From: Candidatus Omnitrophota bacterium
GTDB taxonomy: Bacteria > Omnitrophota > Gorgyraeia > Zapsychrales > Fredricksoniimonadaceae
NCBI GenBank assembly: GCA_903836515.1
Contig: CAILQW010000048.1
Coordinates: 316-64,315, forward strand
Length of the DNA: 64,000 nucleotides
Reading direction: 5' to 3'
The notes beneath the pieces are model-generated. The model made no database searches. It saw only the letters and a program-made list of their open reading frames with translations, and was not told where the DNA came from. The position numbers and the translations under genes were made by a program. Shown here one piece after another: positions 47,409 through 56,572 of the stretch (its first letter is position 1; each line of letters begins with the position of its first letter).

Positions 47409-48715
47409 CCAGGCAAAAGACTATAGCCAAAGAATTCACGCTGGCCGGCAAAGGGCTTCACACGGGCCACGATGTACGCATGACTTTCAAGCCCGCGTGC
47501 GCCGGTGATGGCGTTCGTTTTTTGCGTACGGATATCGCGGGGCATCCCTGCATGAAACTGGGAGACCTGGCGTTGATCACCGGGGCCGACGCCGGGCGCT
47601 ATTCCGCGTTGAAAAATGACGCCGCGGTGATCTATACCGTTGAGCATCTTGTGAGCGCGCTCGCCGGCCTGGGCATTGACAACATCACCCTGGAGATGGA
47701 CGGGGATGAAGTCCCCGGCCTTGACGGGAGTGCCCTGGAATATGTCCGGGCGTTGAAGGCTGCCGGGATCGTTGACCTGGACGCTGAAAAAATATTTTGG
47801 GAGATCAAGGAGCCCTTGTGCGTGTCCAAAGACGGCGCCTCGGTCATGATCGTGCCCGCCAGCGATTTTCGCGTTTCCTATGCGCTGGAATATCCGCATC
47901 CGTTACTCAAGCAGTCGTTGACGGTGACGGTCACGCCCGCAACCTACGAGACGGAGATCGCGCCTTGCCGGACGTTTTGTCTGAAGGACGAGGCGGATGC
48001 CCTTCTGGCCAGGGGGCTGGGGCAGGGGGCGAACACGGTTAATACGCTGGTCTTCGGGCCGGAGGGTGTTGTGGGCAACAGCCTGCGTTTTGCCGACGAA
48101 GCCGCGCGTCATAAAGCGCTGGACTGCATTGGCGACCTTTTTTTGCTGGGGCTGCACCTCAAGGGGCATGTGTTTGCGTTCAAGAGCGGGCATAACCTCA
48201 ACCGCGAACTGCTCAAGAAGATCGCGGAACAAAAAAAGAAGTATGAAGCCCGGCGCGAACTTTTTAAGGTAGAATACAAGCCGGGCGCATCGCTGGATGT
48301 GCAGGGGATCATGAAGGTGATCCCGCACCGTTATCCGTTCCTTCTGGTGGATCGTATCCTGGAGATGGAATCCGGGAAGCGCGCCGTGGCCATCAAGAAT
48401 GTGACCATGAACGAGGCTTTTTTCCAGGGTCATTTCCCGGTGAAACCGGTCATGCCCGGGGTCCTGATGCTCGAGGCCATGGCCCAGGTGGCGGCGGTCA
48501 CCCTGCTTTCGACGCCGGAACTTTTGGGCAAGATCGGGTTTTATATGTCGGTGGACGGGGTCCGATTCCGCAAGATCGTTTCTCCCGGAGACCAGCTTGT
48601 GATGGAAGTCGAAATTACAAAGTCGCGTTCGCGCATCGCCCATGCTAAGGGGGTCTGCAAGGTGGACGGACAGCTCGTGTGCGAGGCCGAAATGGGCTTC
48701 GCGTTTGGAGAATAA
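47405..48715 (+). CDS. lpxC/fabZ: Bifunctional UDP-3-O-acyl-GlcNAc deacetylase / 3-hydroxyacyl-ACP dehydratase (LpxC-FabZ fusion)
   Basis: N-terminal ~280 aa match LpxC ([20 protein letters not shown]...); C-terminal ~150 aa match FabZ ([19 protein letters not shown]). Confidence 0.85.
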   Translation: MTRQKTIAKEFTLAGKGLHTGHDVRMTFKPACAGDGVRFLRTDIAGHPCMKLGDLALITGADAGRYSALKNDAAVIYTVEHLVSALAGLGIDNITLEMDGDEVPGLDGSALEYVRALKAAGIVDLDAEKIFWEIKEPLCVSKDGASVMIVPASDFRVSYALEYPHPLLKQSLTVTVTPATYETEIAPCRTFCLKDEADALLARGLGQGANTVNTLVFGPEGVVGNSLRFADEAARHKALDCIGDLFLLGLHLKGHVFAFKSGHNLNRELLKKIAEQKKKYEARRELFKVEYKPGASLDVQGIMKVIPHRYPFLLVDRILEMESGKRAVAIKNVTMNEAFFQGHFPVKPVMPGVLMLEAMAQVAAVTLLSTPELLGKIGFYMSVDGVRFRKIVSPGDQLVMEVEITKSRSRIAHAKGVCKVDGQLVCEAEMGFAFGE

Positions 48716-49525
48716 ATGGCAAACCAGATACATCCTACAGCGGTGATCGGGCCGGATGTCCGGATGGGTGATGATGTGAGGGTCGGCCCTTACGCGGTGA
48801 TCGACGGGGCGGTGGTGCTCGGCGATCATGTCGAGGTCGGTGCCCATGCCGCGCTGGGCGGCTGGACGACCGTGGGCCAGGGGACCCGGATTTTTCCGCA
48901 TGCCGCCATTGGCGGCGATCCCCAGGACAAGAAACACAAGCGCAGCGACAAGACGTGCCTGGAGATCGGCGCGAACAATATTTTTCGCGAATTCGTGACC
49001 GTCAATCGCGGCACCATCGAGGGGGGCGGGCTGACCTTCATTGGCGACAACAATCTTTTTATGGCGTACGCGCATGTGGCCCATGACTGTCGTGTGGGCC
49101 ATGACTGCGTATTTGCCAATTCCGGGACGCTGGCCGGGCATGTCGTCGTCGAGGATCGTGCCATTGTCGGCGGCCTGACCGCTATCCATCAGTTCTGCCG
49201 CGTGGGCACCATGGCCATGATCGGCGGCTGTTCGCGGGTGATCCAGGATGTTCCGCCGTATTCATTATGCGTGGGCGGGCCGGCGCAGGTGTATAACCTC
49301 AATGCCGTGGGGTTAAGGCGTGCGGGCATGACATCGTCGCATATGAAACATCTTAAGGAAGCTTTCCGCATTCTTTTCCATTCAGGCCTTTCCAGGCCGA
49401 GCGCCGTCGAGCAGATTGAAAAAGAGGTGCAGAAGACCGTTGAGGTCGGGCATCTGCTTGATTTCGCCAGATCGTCCCAGCGCGGCTTGTGCGGTTCGGC
49501 CAAAGAACCCTCCTCGGAAGAATGA
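48716..49525 (+). CDS. lpxA: Acyl-ACP--UDP-GlcNAc O-acyltransferase
   Basis: Hexapeptide repeats plus LpxA C-terminal helical domain. Confidence 0.85.
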   Translation: MANQIHPTAVIGPDVRMGDDVRVGPYAVIDGAVVLGDHVEVGAHAALGGWTTVGQGTRIFPHAAIGGDPQDKKHKRSDKTCLEIGANNIFREFVTVNRGTIEGGGLTFIGDNNLFMAYAHVAHDCRVGHDCVFANSGTLAGHVVVEDRAIVGGLTAIHQFCRVGTMAMIGGCSRVIQDVPPYSLCVGGPAQVYNLNAVGLRRAGMTSSHMKHLKEAFRILFHSGLSRPSAVEQIEKEVQKTVEVGHLLDFARSSQRGLCGSAKEPSSEE

Positions 49526-50325
49526 AGGCCATTGGGCTTATCGCGGGCAACGGCGGTTTTCCGCTGATGTTCGCGCGCGCCGCCCGCCGGCAGGGCATCC
49601 GTGTTGTAGTGGCGGCGGTCAAGGGCGATACATCCTGGTTCATCCCTTTCTTTGCCGATGAGGTCCGCTGGTTCTCTCCCGGCGAGCTGAAAAAGCTTTT
49701 TCAATATTTCCGCGCGCGGGATATCCGTCATGTCCTGATGGCCGGGCAGGTTGATCCGGGCCATCTTTTCAGGAAGGATATTCCTGTGGACGAGGAATTC
49801 CGCAAGCTTTTTGCGGCCCTTTCCGACCGGCGCTGCGACACCATATTTACGGCCGTGGCCGAGCGCCTCGAGGCGGAAGGCATGGCCTTGATGGATTCCA
49901 CCCTGCTCCTGAAGGATTTTCTGGCTCCCCGCGGGACCCTGACGCACCGCGCCCCGACAGTGCCGGAACTGGCGGACATTGATTTTGGCATGGTCATCGC
50001 CAAACAGATGGGGGGGCTTGATATCGGCCAGACAGTGGTCATCCAGGGCCGGGCCATCGTGGCCATTGAGGCGATGGAAGGGACGGACCGTGCGATCCTG
50101 CGCGGGGGCAAGATCGCGCGTGGGGGCGCTGTGGTTGTCAAAACATCCAAGCCGCGCCAGGACCCCCGTTTTGATGTCCCTGTCATAGGCCCGCGCACCA
50201 TCCGCACCATGAAGAACGCCGGGGCTGTCTGCCTGGCGATCGAGGCTGGCAAGACCCTCATCCTTGACCGCGAAAAAACCATCCGCCTGGCCGACCGCTG
50301 GGGCATCACCATCGTTGGCGCCTGA
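49522..50325 (+). CDS. lpxI: LpxI-family (DUF1009) UDP-2,3-diacylglucosamine hydrolase
   Basis: MKAIGLIAGNGGFPL start; located after lpxA; start chosen at ATG 49522. Confidence 0.7.
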   Translation: MKAIGLIAGNGGFPLMFARAARRQGIRVVVAAVKGDTSWFIPFFADEVRWFSPGELKKLFQYFRARDIRHVLMAGQVDPGHLFRKDIPVDEEFRKLFAALSDRRCDTIFTAVAERLEAEGMALMDSTLLLKDFLAPRGTLTHRAPTVPELADIDFGMVIAKQMGGLDIGQTVVIQGRAIVAIEAMEGTDRAILRGGKIARGGAVVVKTSKPRQDPRFDVPVIGPRTIRTMKNAGAVCLAIEAGKTLILDREKTIRLADRWGITIVGA

Positions 50326-50354
50326 TCTTTCCTTGAAACGCGTCAAAAACCGCT

Positions 50355-50383
50355 TTGACACCCCCCATTATTTTCCTTATAAT
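50355..50383 (+). promoter_or_regulatory. Consensus sigma-70 promoter TTGACA-N17-TATAAT
   Basis: TTGACA 50355-50360 and TATAAT 50378-50383; about 190 nt upstream of lysS. Confidence 0.45.
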
Positions 50384-50573
50384 GAACTCTTAATATTCAA
50401 AGTATTATTAATTAATCCCGCAGTTTGCCATAAGAACAGATGAACGCGGGATAACCCCGGCTTTTCTGGACGACAAAAGATATGGAAGCCGACGATTTTG
50501 CATCCGCACCATTTTGTGCGTATGGACTCGTCGATAAAATGGTACTACTGTAAAATCTGGGTTAATAAAAGAG

Positions 50574-52025
50574 GTGCGCCCTGTGGAAGTTGACGAGATC
50601 AAGAAGATACGCATGGACAAGCGCGATGCGCTCAAGGCCAAAGGGGCCGATCCTTACGGGTGCCGTTTTGAGGGGGTCGAGCCTGTGGCCGAGGTGCTGG
50701 GCGCTTTCACGGAAGACAAGCCCGCGCTGGTGGCGGGGCGCCTCATGGCGCTGCGCGATCACGGCAAGGTCTTCTTTGGCGATCTGATGGACCGCACGGG
50801 CCGGATACAGCTGTTTTTCAAGGAGGCGGTGCTCGGCGATCAGTGGCCGGTCTTCAGGCTGCTTGACATTGGGGATATCATTGGCGCGCAAGGGAAGCTT
50901 TTTACGACGAAAATGGGGCAGCAGAGCCTGCGTGTCGAAAAGCTCACCGTCCTTTCCAAATCACTGGCGACCCTGCCCGAAAAGTGGCACGGCCTGAAGG
51001 ATATCGATATCCGTTACCGCCAGCGTTATGTGGATTTGATCGCCAATGATGCGGTCCGGGATGTGTTCATCCGTCGCAGCCGCATTGTGTCGCGGATCCG
51101 CAATTTCCTGGATACCCGCGGCTTCATCGAGGTGGAAACTCCCATGCTGCAGACGCAGGCCGGCGGTGCGCGCGGACGGCCTTTTCAGTCGAAGCATAAT
51201 GCCTACGACATGGATGTGTTCCTGCGCATCGCGCCCGAGCTTTACCTCAAGCGACTTCTCGTCGGCGGCCTCGAGCGCGTCTACGAGATCAACCGCAATT
51301 TTCGTAATGAGGGGGTGTCGACCCGGCATAATCCCGAATTCACCATGCTTGAGCTTTACCAGGCTTACGGCGACATGCAGGACATGATGGACATCACCGA
51401 AACGCTGGTGAGCACCCTGGCTTTGGAGATCACGGGCAGTTACAAGGTGCCCTACCAGGGGCACACCATCGATTTCACCACACCCTGGAAGCGCGTGAGT
51501 TTTGCGGGGCTCGTGAAGGAGAAATTCGATATTAACCCCGAGGACACGGCCGCTGTCATGCTCGACAAGGTCAAGGCCCGGCGTCCGGGGAACTACAAGG
51601 TGGCCAAGCTCACCAAGTCCGCGATCATGAAGATCGTCGAGGATGTTTTGGACGAAGGGGCCACGATGGACCCGGTGTTCTTCACCGATTATTTTACGTT
51701 CCTTTGCCCGTTGGCCAAGACCGATCCGGCCAATGTGGCGTTGTCGAAGCGTTTTGAATTTTTCATCGCGGGCATGGAAGTGGGCAATGCCTATTCGGAA
51801 CTGAATGATCCCCAGGAACAGCGTGCGCGCCTCCTGGAAGACCTTCAGGATGATACCGAGACGGGCCTGCGCCACATTGACGATGATTTTGTCCGGGCGC
51901 TTGAATACGGCATGCCGCCGGCGGGCGGGCTTGGCATCGGCATCGACCGTCTGGTCATGCTCCTGACCGATTCGGCCTGCATCCGGGATGTTATTTTGTT
52001 CCCGTTGATGAAACCCTTGGAATGA
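50574..52025 (+). CDS. lysS: Lysyl-tRNA synthetase (class II)
   Basis: N-terminal anticodon-binding OB domain plus class II catalytic core; start uncertain (GTG 50574, GTG 50583 or ATG 50613). Confidence 0.85.
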   Translation: MRPVEVDEIKKIRMDKRDALKAKGADPYGCRFEGVEPVAEVLGAFTEDKPALVAGRLMALRDHGKVFFGDLMDRTGRIQLFFKEAVLGDQWPVFRLLDIGDIIGAQGKLFTTKMGQQSLRVEKLTVLSKSLATLPEKWHGLKDIDIRYRQRYVDLIANDAVRDVFIRRSRIVSRIRNFLDTRGFIEVETPMLQTQAGGARGRPFQSKHNAYDMDVFLRIAPELYLKRLLVGGLERVYEINRNFRNEGVSTRHNPEFTMLELYQAYGDMQDMMDITETLVSTLALEITGSYKVPYQGHTIDFTTPWKRVSFAGLVKEKFDINPEDTAAVMLDKVKARRPGNYKVAKLTKSAIMKIVEDVLDEGATMDPVFFTDYFTFLCPLAKTDPANVALSKRFEFFIAGMEVGNAYSELNDPQEQRARLLEDLQDDTETGLRHIDDDFVRALEYGMPPAGGLGIGIDRLVMLLTDSACIRDVILFPLMKPLE

Positions 52026-53269
52026 CACGTAGGGGCGGGTTTCAAACCCGCCCGTACAACCAAAACATGCATTACGAATTCTGGATTGCCTACAGGTATC
52101 TGATCGCCAAAAAGGACAAGTTCCTGTTGCTCATCAACTGGGTCTCGATCCTGGGCATCGCCATCGGTGTGGCCGCGCTGATCGTTGTCATCGGTGTCAT
52201 GACCGGCTTTGATCATGACCTCAAGGACAAGATCGTGGGAACCACCGCGCATATCGTGGTCGACCGGGAATCAGGGGTCAAGGATGTCGGGCCGCTGATG
52301 GCCAGGATCAAGGCGGTCAAAGGCGTGGCGTCTGCGGCCCCGTTTATCAATGGCAATGTGTTCCTGGAATATGGCAGCCGCGCGTCGGGCCTTTTGTTAC
52401 GGGGCGTGGATCCTGCCGCGGAAGGGGCGGTCACCTGCATCAACGCGTATCTGAAGGGCGATTATGCCATCGGCCAGCTGGGCCTGGAAGATGTGGTCAT
52501 CGGCCGGGAACTGGCACGGTATTATGACTTGAAGCCCGGGGATACCATTGCGATCCTTTCCCCGGTATCGGGTGTGGCCGGGGCGGGCTGGCGCTACCGG
52601 CTCAAGGTGGCGGGTATTTTTGATTCGGGGATGTACGACTATGACAGGAACCTCATCTTCGTTCATTATAAAAAGGCGCAGGAGATCTTCAGTCTGCCGT
52701 CGGGGCTTGTGTCGGGGGTGGCGGTCAAGCTGGATGATGTGGACGCGGCGCCGGCCGTGAAAGAGGCCATTGTCCGCGAGGTCGGTTTCAGTTATGTGGT
52801 GCGGACATGGATCGAGCAGAATGCGAATTTCTTCGCGGCGCTCAAGCTGGAAAAGGCGGCCATGTTCATCATCCTGACGTTGATCGTCCTGGTGGCGTCG
52901 TTTAATATCATCAGCACGTTGATTGTGACCGTGACGACCAAGACCAAGGATATCGGCATCCTCAAGTCCATCGGCGTCCCTTCGGCCTCGATCCGGCGTA
53001 TTTTTACGATTTATGGCCTGACCATCGGCACACTGGGGACCCTTTTTGGGCTGGGGGGAGGCATGCTCTTGTGCTATATCCTTCAGGAAACCCAGCTGAT
53101 CAAGCTGCCCCAGACGGTTTATTACATCGATCATCTCCCCGTGCTGGTCCAGCCGGGAGATGTGTGCGCCATTACCTTCAGCGCGGTCCTGATCAGTTAC
53201 CTGGCAACCCTTTATCCGTCGGTCCGGGCCGCGTCGCTCGAGCCGGTGGAAGCCTTGAGGTATCAGTAG
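52022..53269 (+). CDS. lolE: Lipoprotein-releasing system permease LolC/E
   Basis: MacB/FtsX-like topology with a large periplasmic loop. Confidence 0.8.
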   Translation: MTRRGGFQTRPYNQNMHYEFWIAYRYLIAKKDKFLLLINWVSILGIAIGVAALIVVIGVMTGFDHDLKDKIVGTTAHIVVDRESGVKDVGPLMARIKAVKGVASAAPFINGNVFLEYGSRASGLLLRGVDPAAEGAVTCINAYLKGDYAIGQLGLEDVVIGRELARYYDLKPGDTIAILSPVSGVAGAGWRYRLKVAGIFDSGMYDYDRNLIFVHYKKAQEIFSLPSGLVSGVAVKLDDVDAAPAVKEAIVREVGFSYVVRTWIEQNANFFAALKLEKAAMFIILTLIVLVASFNIISTLIVTVTTKTKDIGILKSIGVPSASIRRIFTIYGLTIGTLGTLFGLGGGMLLCYILQETQLIKLPQTVYYIDHLPVLVQPGDVCAITFSAVLISYLATLYPSVRAASLEPVEALRYQ

Positions 53270-53270
53270 G

Positions 53271-53948
53271 ATGCTGCTTAAAGCGGAAAATATCAACAAG
53301 GCGTATACCGATACCCAAAAGCGTGTCGATGTCCTTAAGGGGATCGACCTGGAAGTCGGCGCCGGAGAATCCGTGGCGATCGTCGGCCCTTCGGGCGCCG
53401 GGAAGTCCACGCTCCTTCATATTCTCGGCGGGCTTGACCTGCCCGACGAGGGCGCCGTGCTCCTCAATGGCCAGGACCTTTACGCCGCCGGGGATGCGGG
53501 GCGCGCGCGGGTGCGCAACAGGGATATCGGTTTCGTGTTCCAGTTTTATCATCTGTTGCCGGAGTTCAGCGCGCTGGAAAATGTCCTGCTGCCGGTCTTC
53601 ATCCGTCAGGGGCGCGGCCGGGTGCGGGAACTGGAGGAGGCGGGGCGGGACGCCCTCAAGCGCGTGGGGCTCGAAGATCGCGCGCTGCACAAGCCCAGCC
53701 AGCTTTCCGGCGGTGAACAGCAGCGCGTGGCCATTGCCCGCGCGGTCATCAACAGCCCGCGGGTCCTTTTGTGCGATGAGCCCACGGGCAATCTCGATTC
53801 CGCTTCCGGGGCCAGGGTCATTGAACTCATCCTGGGCATGCACGCCGGCGGGCAGGCGGTTGTGATCGTGACCCATGACGAGGCGGTGGCGGCCCGCTGC
53901 GGGCGCATTGTCCATATCCGGGACGGGGTTCTGACAAAAGTCAAATAG
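53271..53948 (+). CDS. lolD: Lipoprotein-releasing system ATP-binding protein LolD
   Basis: Walker A (GPSGAGKSTL) and ABC signature (LSGGEQQRVAIARA). Confidence 0.85.
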   Translation: MLLKAENINKAYTDTQKRVDVLKGIDLEVGAGESVAIVGPSGAGKSTLLHILGGLDLPDEGAVLLNGQDLYAAGDAGRARVRNRDIGFVFQFYHLLPEFSALENVLLPVFIRQGRGRVRELEEAGRDALKRVGLEDRALHKPSQLSGGEQQRVAIARAVINSPRVLLCDEPTGNLDSASGARVIELILGMHAGGQAVVIVTHDEAVAARCGRIVHIRDGVLTKVK

Positions 53949-54007
53949 TCTGCCCGCAGGGCGGGCTTCGTGTTTATAATAATCGTTTTAAATAAGGGTG
54001 GTTTCTT

Positions 54008-54880
54008 ATGTCGCTAAAGATCTATCTGAACGGTAAGCTGGTGGCCCGGGAAGAGGCCAGGGTATCGGTGTTTGATCATGGTTTTCTATACGGCGACGGC
54101 GCTTTTGAAGGGATCCGCGCTTATGCCGGGGTGGTGTTCCGCCTCCAGGCGCACATAGACCGCCTTTACGAAACCTGCCACACCATGATGATCGATACCG
54201 GCCTGACCAAGCGGGAGATGATCGCGGCGGTCGTGGAGACCTTGAAGGCCAACGGCCTGACTGATGCGTATATCCGCCTGGTGGTGACCCGCGGTGATGG
54301 CGACCTTGGCCTTGATCCGCGCAAATGCCGGGGTGCCGCCAACATCATCATCATCGCCGACAAGATCACGCTTTATCCCGGGGAGTTTTACAAGGCAGGG
54401 TTGACCATTGTGACCGTCCCGACGGTGCGCAATCATCCCGAGGCCATCAATCCCCAGCTGAAGTCGCTCAATTATCTCAACAACATCCTCGCCAAGATCG
54501 AGGCGAACAATGCCGGGGTTCCGGAAGCCATCATGCTTGATGGCAGCGGCTACGTGGCCGAATGCACCGGCGATAATATTTTCATGGTCAAGGACGGGGT
54601 CGTCCGCACACCGCTCCAGGGGCGCCTGAGGGGCATCACCCGCGAGGCGGTCATGGAACTGGCCGCGGCGAAATTGAAGCTGGATGTGCAGGAAACCTTC
54701 ATCACCCGTCATGAGCTTTATAATGCAGAGGAAGTGTTCCTGACGGGGACTGCCGCCGAGCTGATCCCGGTGGTCAAGATCGACGGACGGCTCATCGGCA
54801 CCGGCAAGCCCGGACCTGTCACGTTCAAGCTTTTGAAATTGTTCCATGCGGTGGTACGCCGGGACGGCGTCAAGTTTTAA
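54008..54880 (+). CDS. ilvE: Branched-chain amino acid aminotransferase (class IV)
   Basis: Class IV PLP-fold motifs throughout 290 aa. Confidence 0.8.
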   Translation: MSLKIYLNGKLVAREEARVSVFDHGFLYGDGAFEGIRAYAGVVFRLQAHIDRLYETCHTMMIDTGLTKREMIAAVVETLKANGLTDAYIRLVVTRGDGDLGLDPRKCRGAANIIIIADKITLYPGEFYKAGLTIVTVPTVRNHPEAINPQLKSLNYLNNILAKIEANNAGVPEAIMLDGSGYVAECTGDNIFMVKDGVVRTPLQGRLRGITREAVMELAAAKLKLDVQETFITRHELYNAEEVFLTGTAAELIPVVKIDGRLIGTGKPGPVTFKLLKLFHAVVRRDGVKF

Positions 54881-54925
54881 CCTGTTGAGGAGGGAGGCGG
54901 GGCACGCTCCGCCTCTGGGACAGCG

Positions 54926-55471
54926 ATGAAATGCAACAAGTGCGCCAAGAAAGCCACGGTCCATCTGACCGAGATCATTGACGGGAAGGTCATGGAAATG
55001 CATCTGTGCGAGGAGTGTGCCCGCGATCAGAGCCAGCATATGGAACAACAGTTCGGCCTGGCCGACCTTCTGGCAGGGCTGACGGACTTCGGCAAACACG
55101 TGCCCGATGTCCAGCAGGCCGCGTCGGTTCTCAAGTGCACCGCCTGCGGCATGACCTACGAGGATTTTCGCAAGTTCGGGCGTTTCGGGTGCGCCCAGTG
55201 TTATGTGGCGTTCAAGGTCCAGCTGAAAACGCTGCTTAAAAAAATCCACGGGTCAAGCGTTCATCTGGGCAAGCGGCCCGCCCGGGAAGTCCCGCTGGCA
55301 GGCCCTCTCGAAATGTCATCTGTTGCCGGCGCAGCGCCCCAGCCCCAGCCGCCCCAGGAAGATACAGTCGATTCCCTGCGGGCCCGGCTTCAGGAAGCTG
55401 TCGAGCGTGAAGATTTCGAGCAGGCCGCGGCCCTGCGCGACAAGATCCACGGCCTGGAAGGAAGGAGCTGA
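54926..55471 (+). CDS. mcsA: McsA-like protein: four CxxC zinc-finger pairs plus a C-terminal UVR motif
   Basis: CNKC..CEEC..CTAC..CAQC and LRARLQEAVEREDFEQAAALRDKIHGLE. Confidence 0.7.
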   Translation: MKCNKCAKKATVHLTEIIDGKVMEMHLCEECARDQSQHMEQQFGLADLLAGLTDFGKHVPDVQQAASVLKCTACGMTYEDFRKFGRFGCAQCYVAFKVQLKTLLKKIHGSSVHLGKRPAREVPLAGPLEMSSVAGAAPQPQPPQEDTVDSLRARLQEAVEREDFEQAAALRDKIHGLEGRS

Positions 55472-55474
55472 TCC

Positions 55475-56524
55475 ATGGAACTCAATGACCTTATCCATCA
55501 CAGCGGTGAATGGCTCAAAGGCACGGGGCCTCATGGGCATATAGTTCTTTCCTCCCGCATCCGTCTGGCCAGGAACCTCACACTCGCGCCTTTTACCAAC
55601 CGTGCGGGCAAGCAGGACCTCGAGGCGGTGCTCAAGGCGGTTGAAGCGGCGATCCGGTCGATTGCTTATTTCAAGGATGCGGCGTTCTTCCGCCTCAACG
55701 AGCTTGACAATGTGGACCGTCAGTTTCTCGTGGAAAGGCATTTGATGAGCCATGACCACGCCTCCAATCCCCAGGGCAAGGCCGTGATCGTTTCACAGGA
55801 CGAGGCGCTTTCCGTCATGGTCAATGAAGAGGATCATCTGCGCCTGCAGGTCATGCAGTCGGGGTTCAATCTGGATGGAACGTGGGAGATCATGAACGCG
55901 GTCGACAACGCGCTCTCCCAGGAGCTGCCCTATGCGTTTTTGCCCGAGTGGGGCTTCCTGACCGCATGCCCGACGAACACCGGCACCGCGATGCGCGGGT
56001 CGGTGATGGCGCATCTTCCTGCGCTGGTCATGACGCGCCAGATCAACAAGGTCCTGATGGCGATCTCGAAACTGAGTTTCGCCTCCCGCGGCTTTTATGG
56101 CGAGGGGACCCAGGCGGTCGGCAATTTTTATCAGATATCCAACCAGGTGTCCCTGGGTCACAGCGAAACGGATATCATCCAGAATATCAACGGGCTTATC
56201 CGCCAGGTCATCGAGCAGGAGGAGCAGTCGCGGCAGGCTCTTCTCGTTCAGAACCGTGCGGTCCTGGAGGACAAGATCTGGCGGGCCTGGGGGATCTTAA
56301 AGAGCGCCCGGATCATTTCCAGCCAGGAGACCATCGAGCTGTTGTCCACCGTCCGCCTGGGCGTGGACGTGGGCATCATCACGGACCTGGCCCCCACGAC
56401 ATTGAACGAACTTTTTATCATGATCCAGCCCGCGCATCTGCAAAAGATCGAGGGAAAAAAACTGGGGGCGTCCGAACGGGATGTCCGGCGTGCCCAGCTG
56501 ATCCGGGAAAAATTCCAGGGCTGA
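55475..56524 (+). CDS. mcsB: Protein arginine kinase McsB (ATP:guanido phosphotransferase)
   Basis: Phosphagen kinase signature TACPTNTGT. Confidence 0.8.
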   Translation: MELNDLIHHSGEWLKGTGPHGHIVLSSRIRLARNLTLAPFTNRAGKQDLEAVLKAVEAAIRSIAYFKDAAFFRLNELDNVDRQFLVERHLMSHDHASNPQGKAVIVSQDEALSVMVNEEDHLRLQVMQSGFNLDGTWEIMNAVDNALSQELPYAFLPEWGFLTACPTNTGTAMRGSVMAHLPALVMTRQINKVLMAISKLSFASRGFYGEGTQAVGNFYQISNQVSLGHSETDIIQNINGLIRQVIEQEEQSRQALLVQNRAVLEDKIWRAWGILKSARIISSQETIELLSTVRLGVDVGIITDLAPTTLNELFIMIQPAHLQKIEGKKLGASERDVRRAQLIREKFQG

Positions 56525-56572
56525 GCCTGGCGGGACAATATTAAATAAGCCATGTTTGACGAGGAGGGGATT

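Noticed and set aside
50400-50573. T-box or lysine riboswitch in the lysS leader
   Set aside because: No T-box consensus (AGGGTGGNACCGCG) or recognisable L-box elements are visible; the region is kept only as an unexplained long leader.
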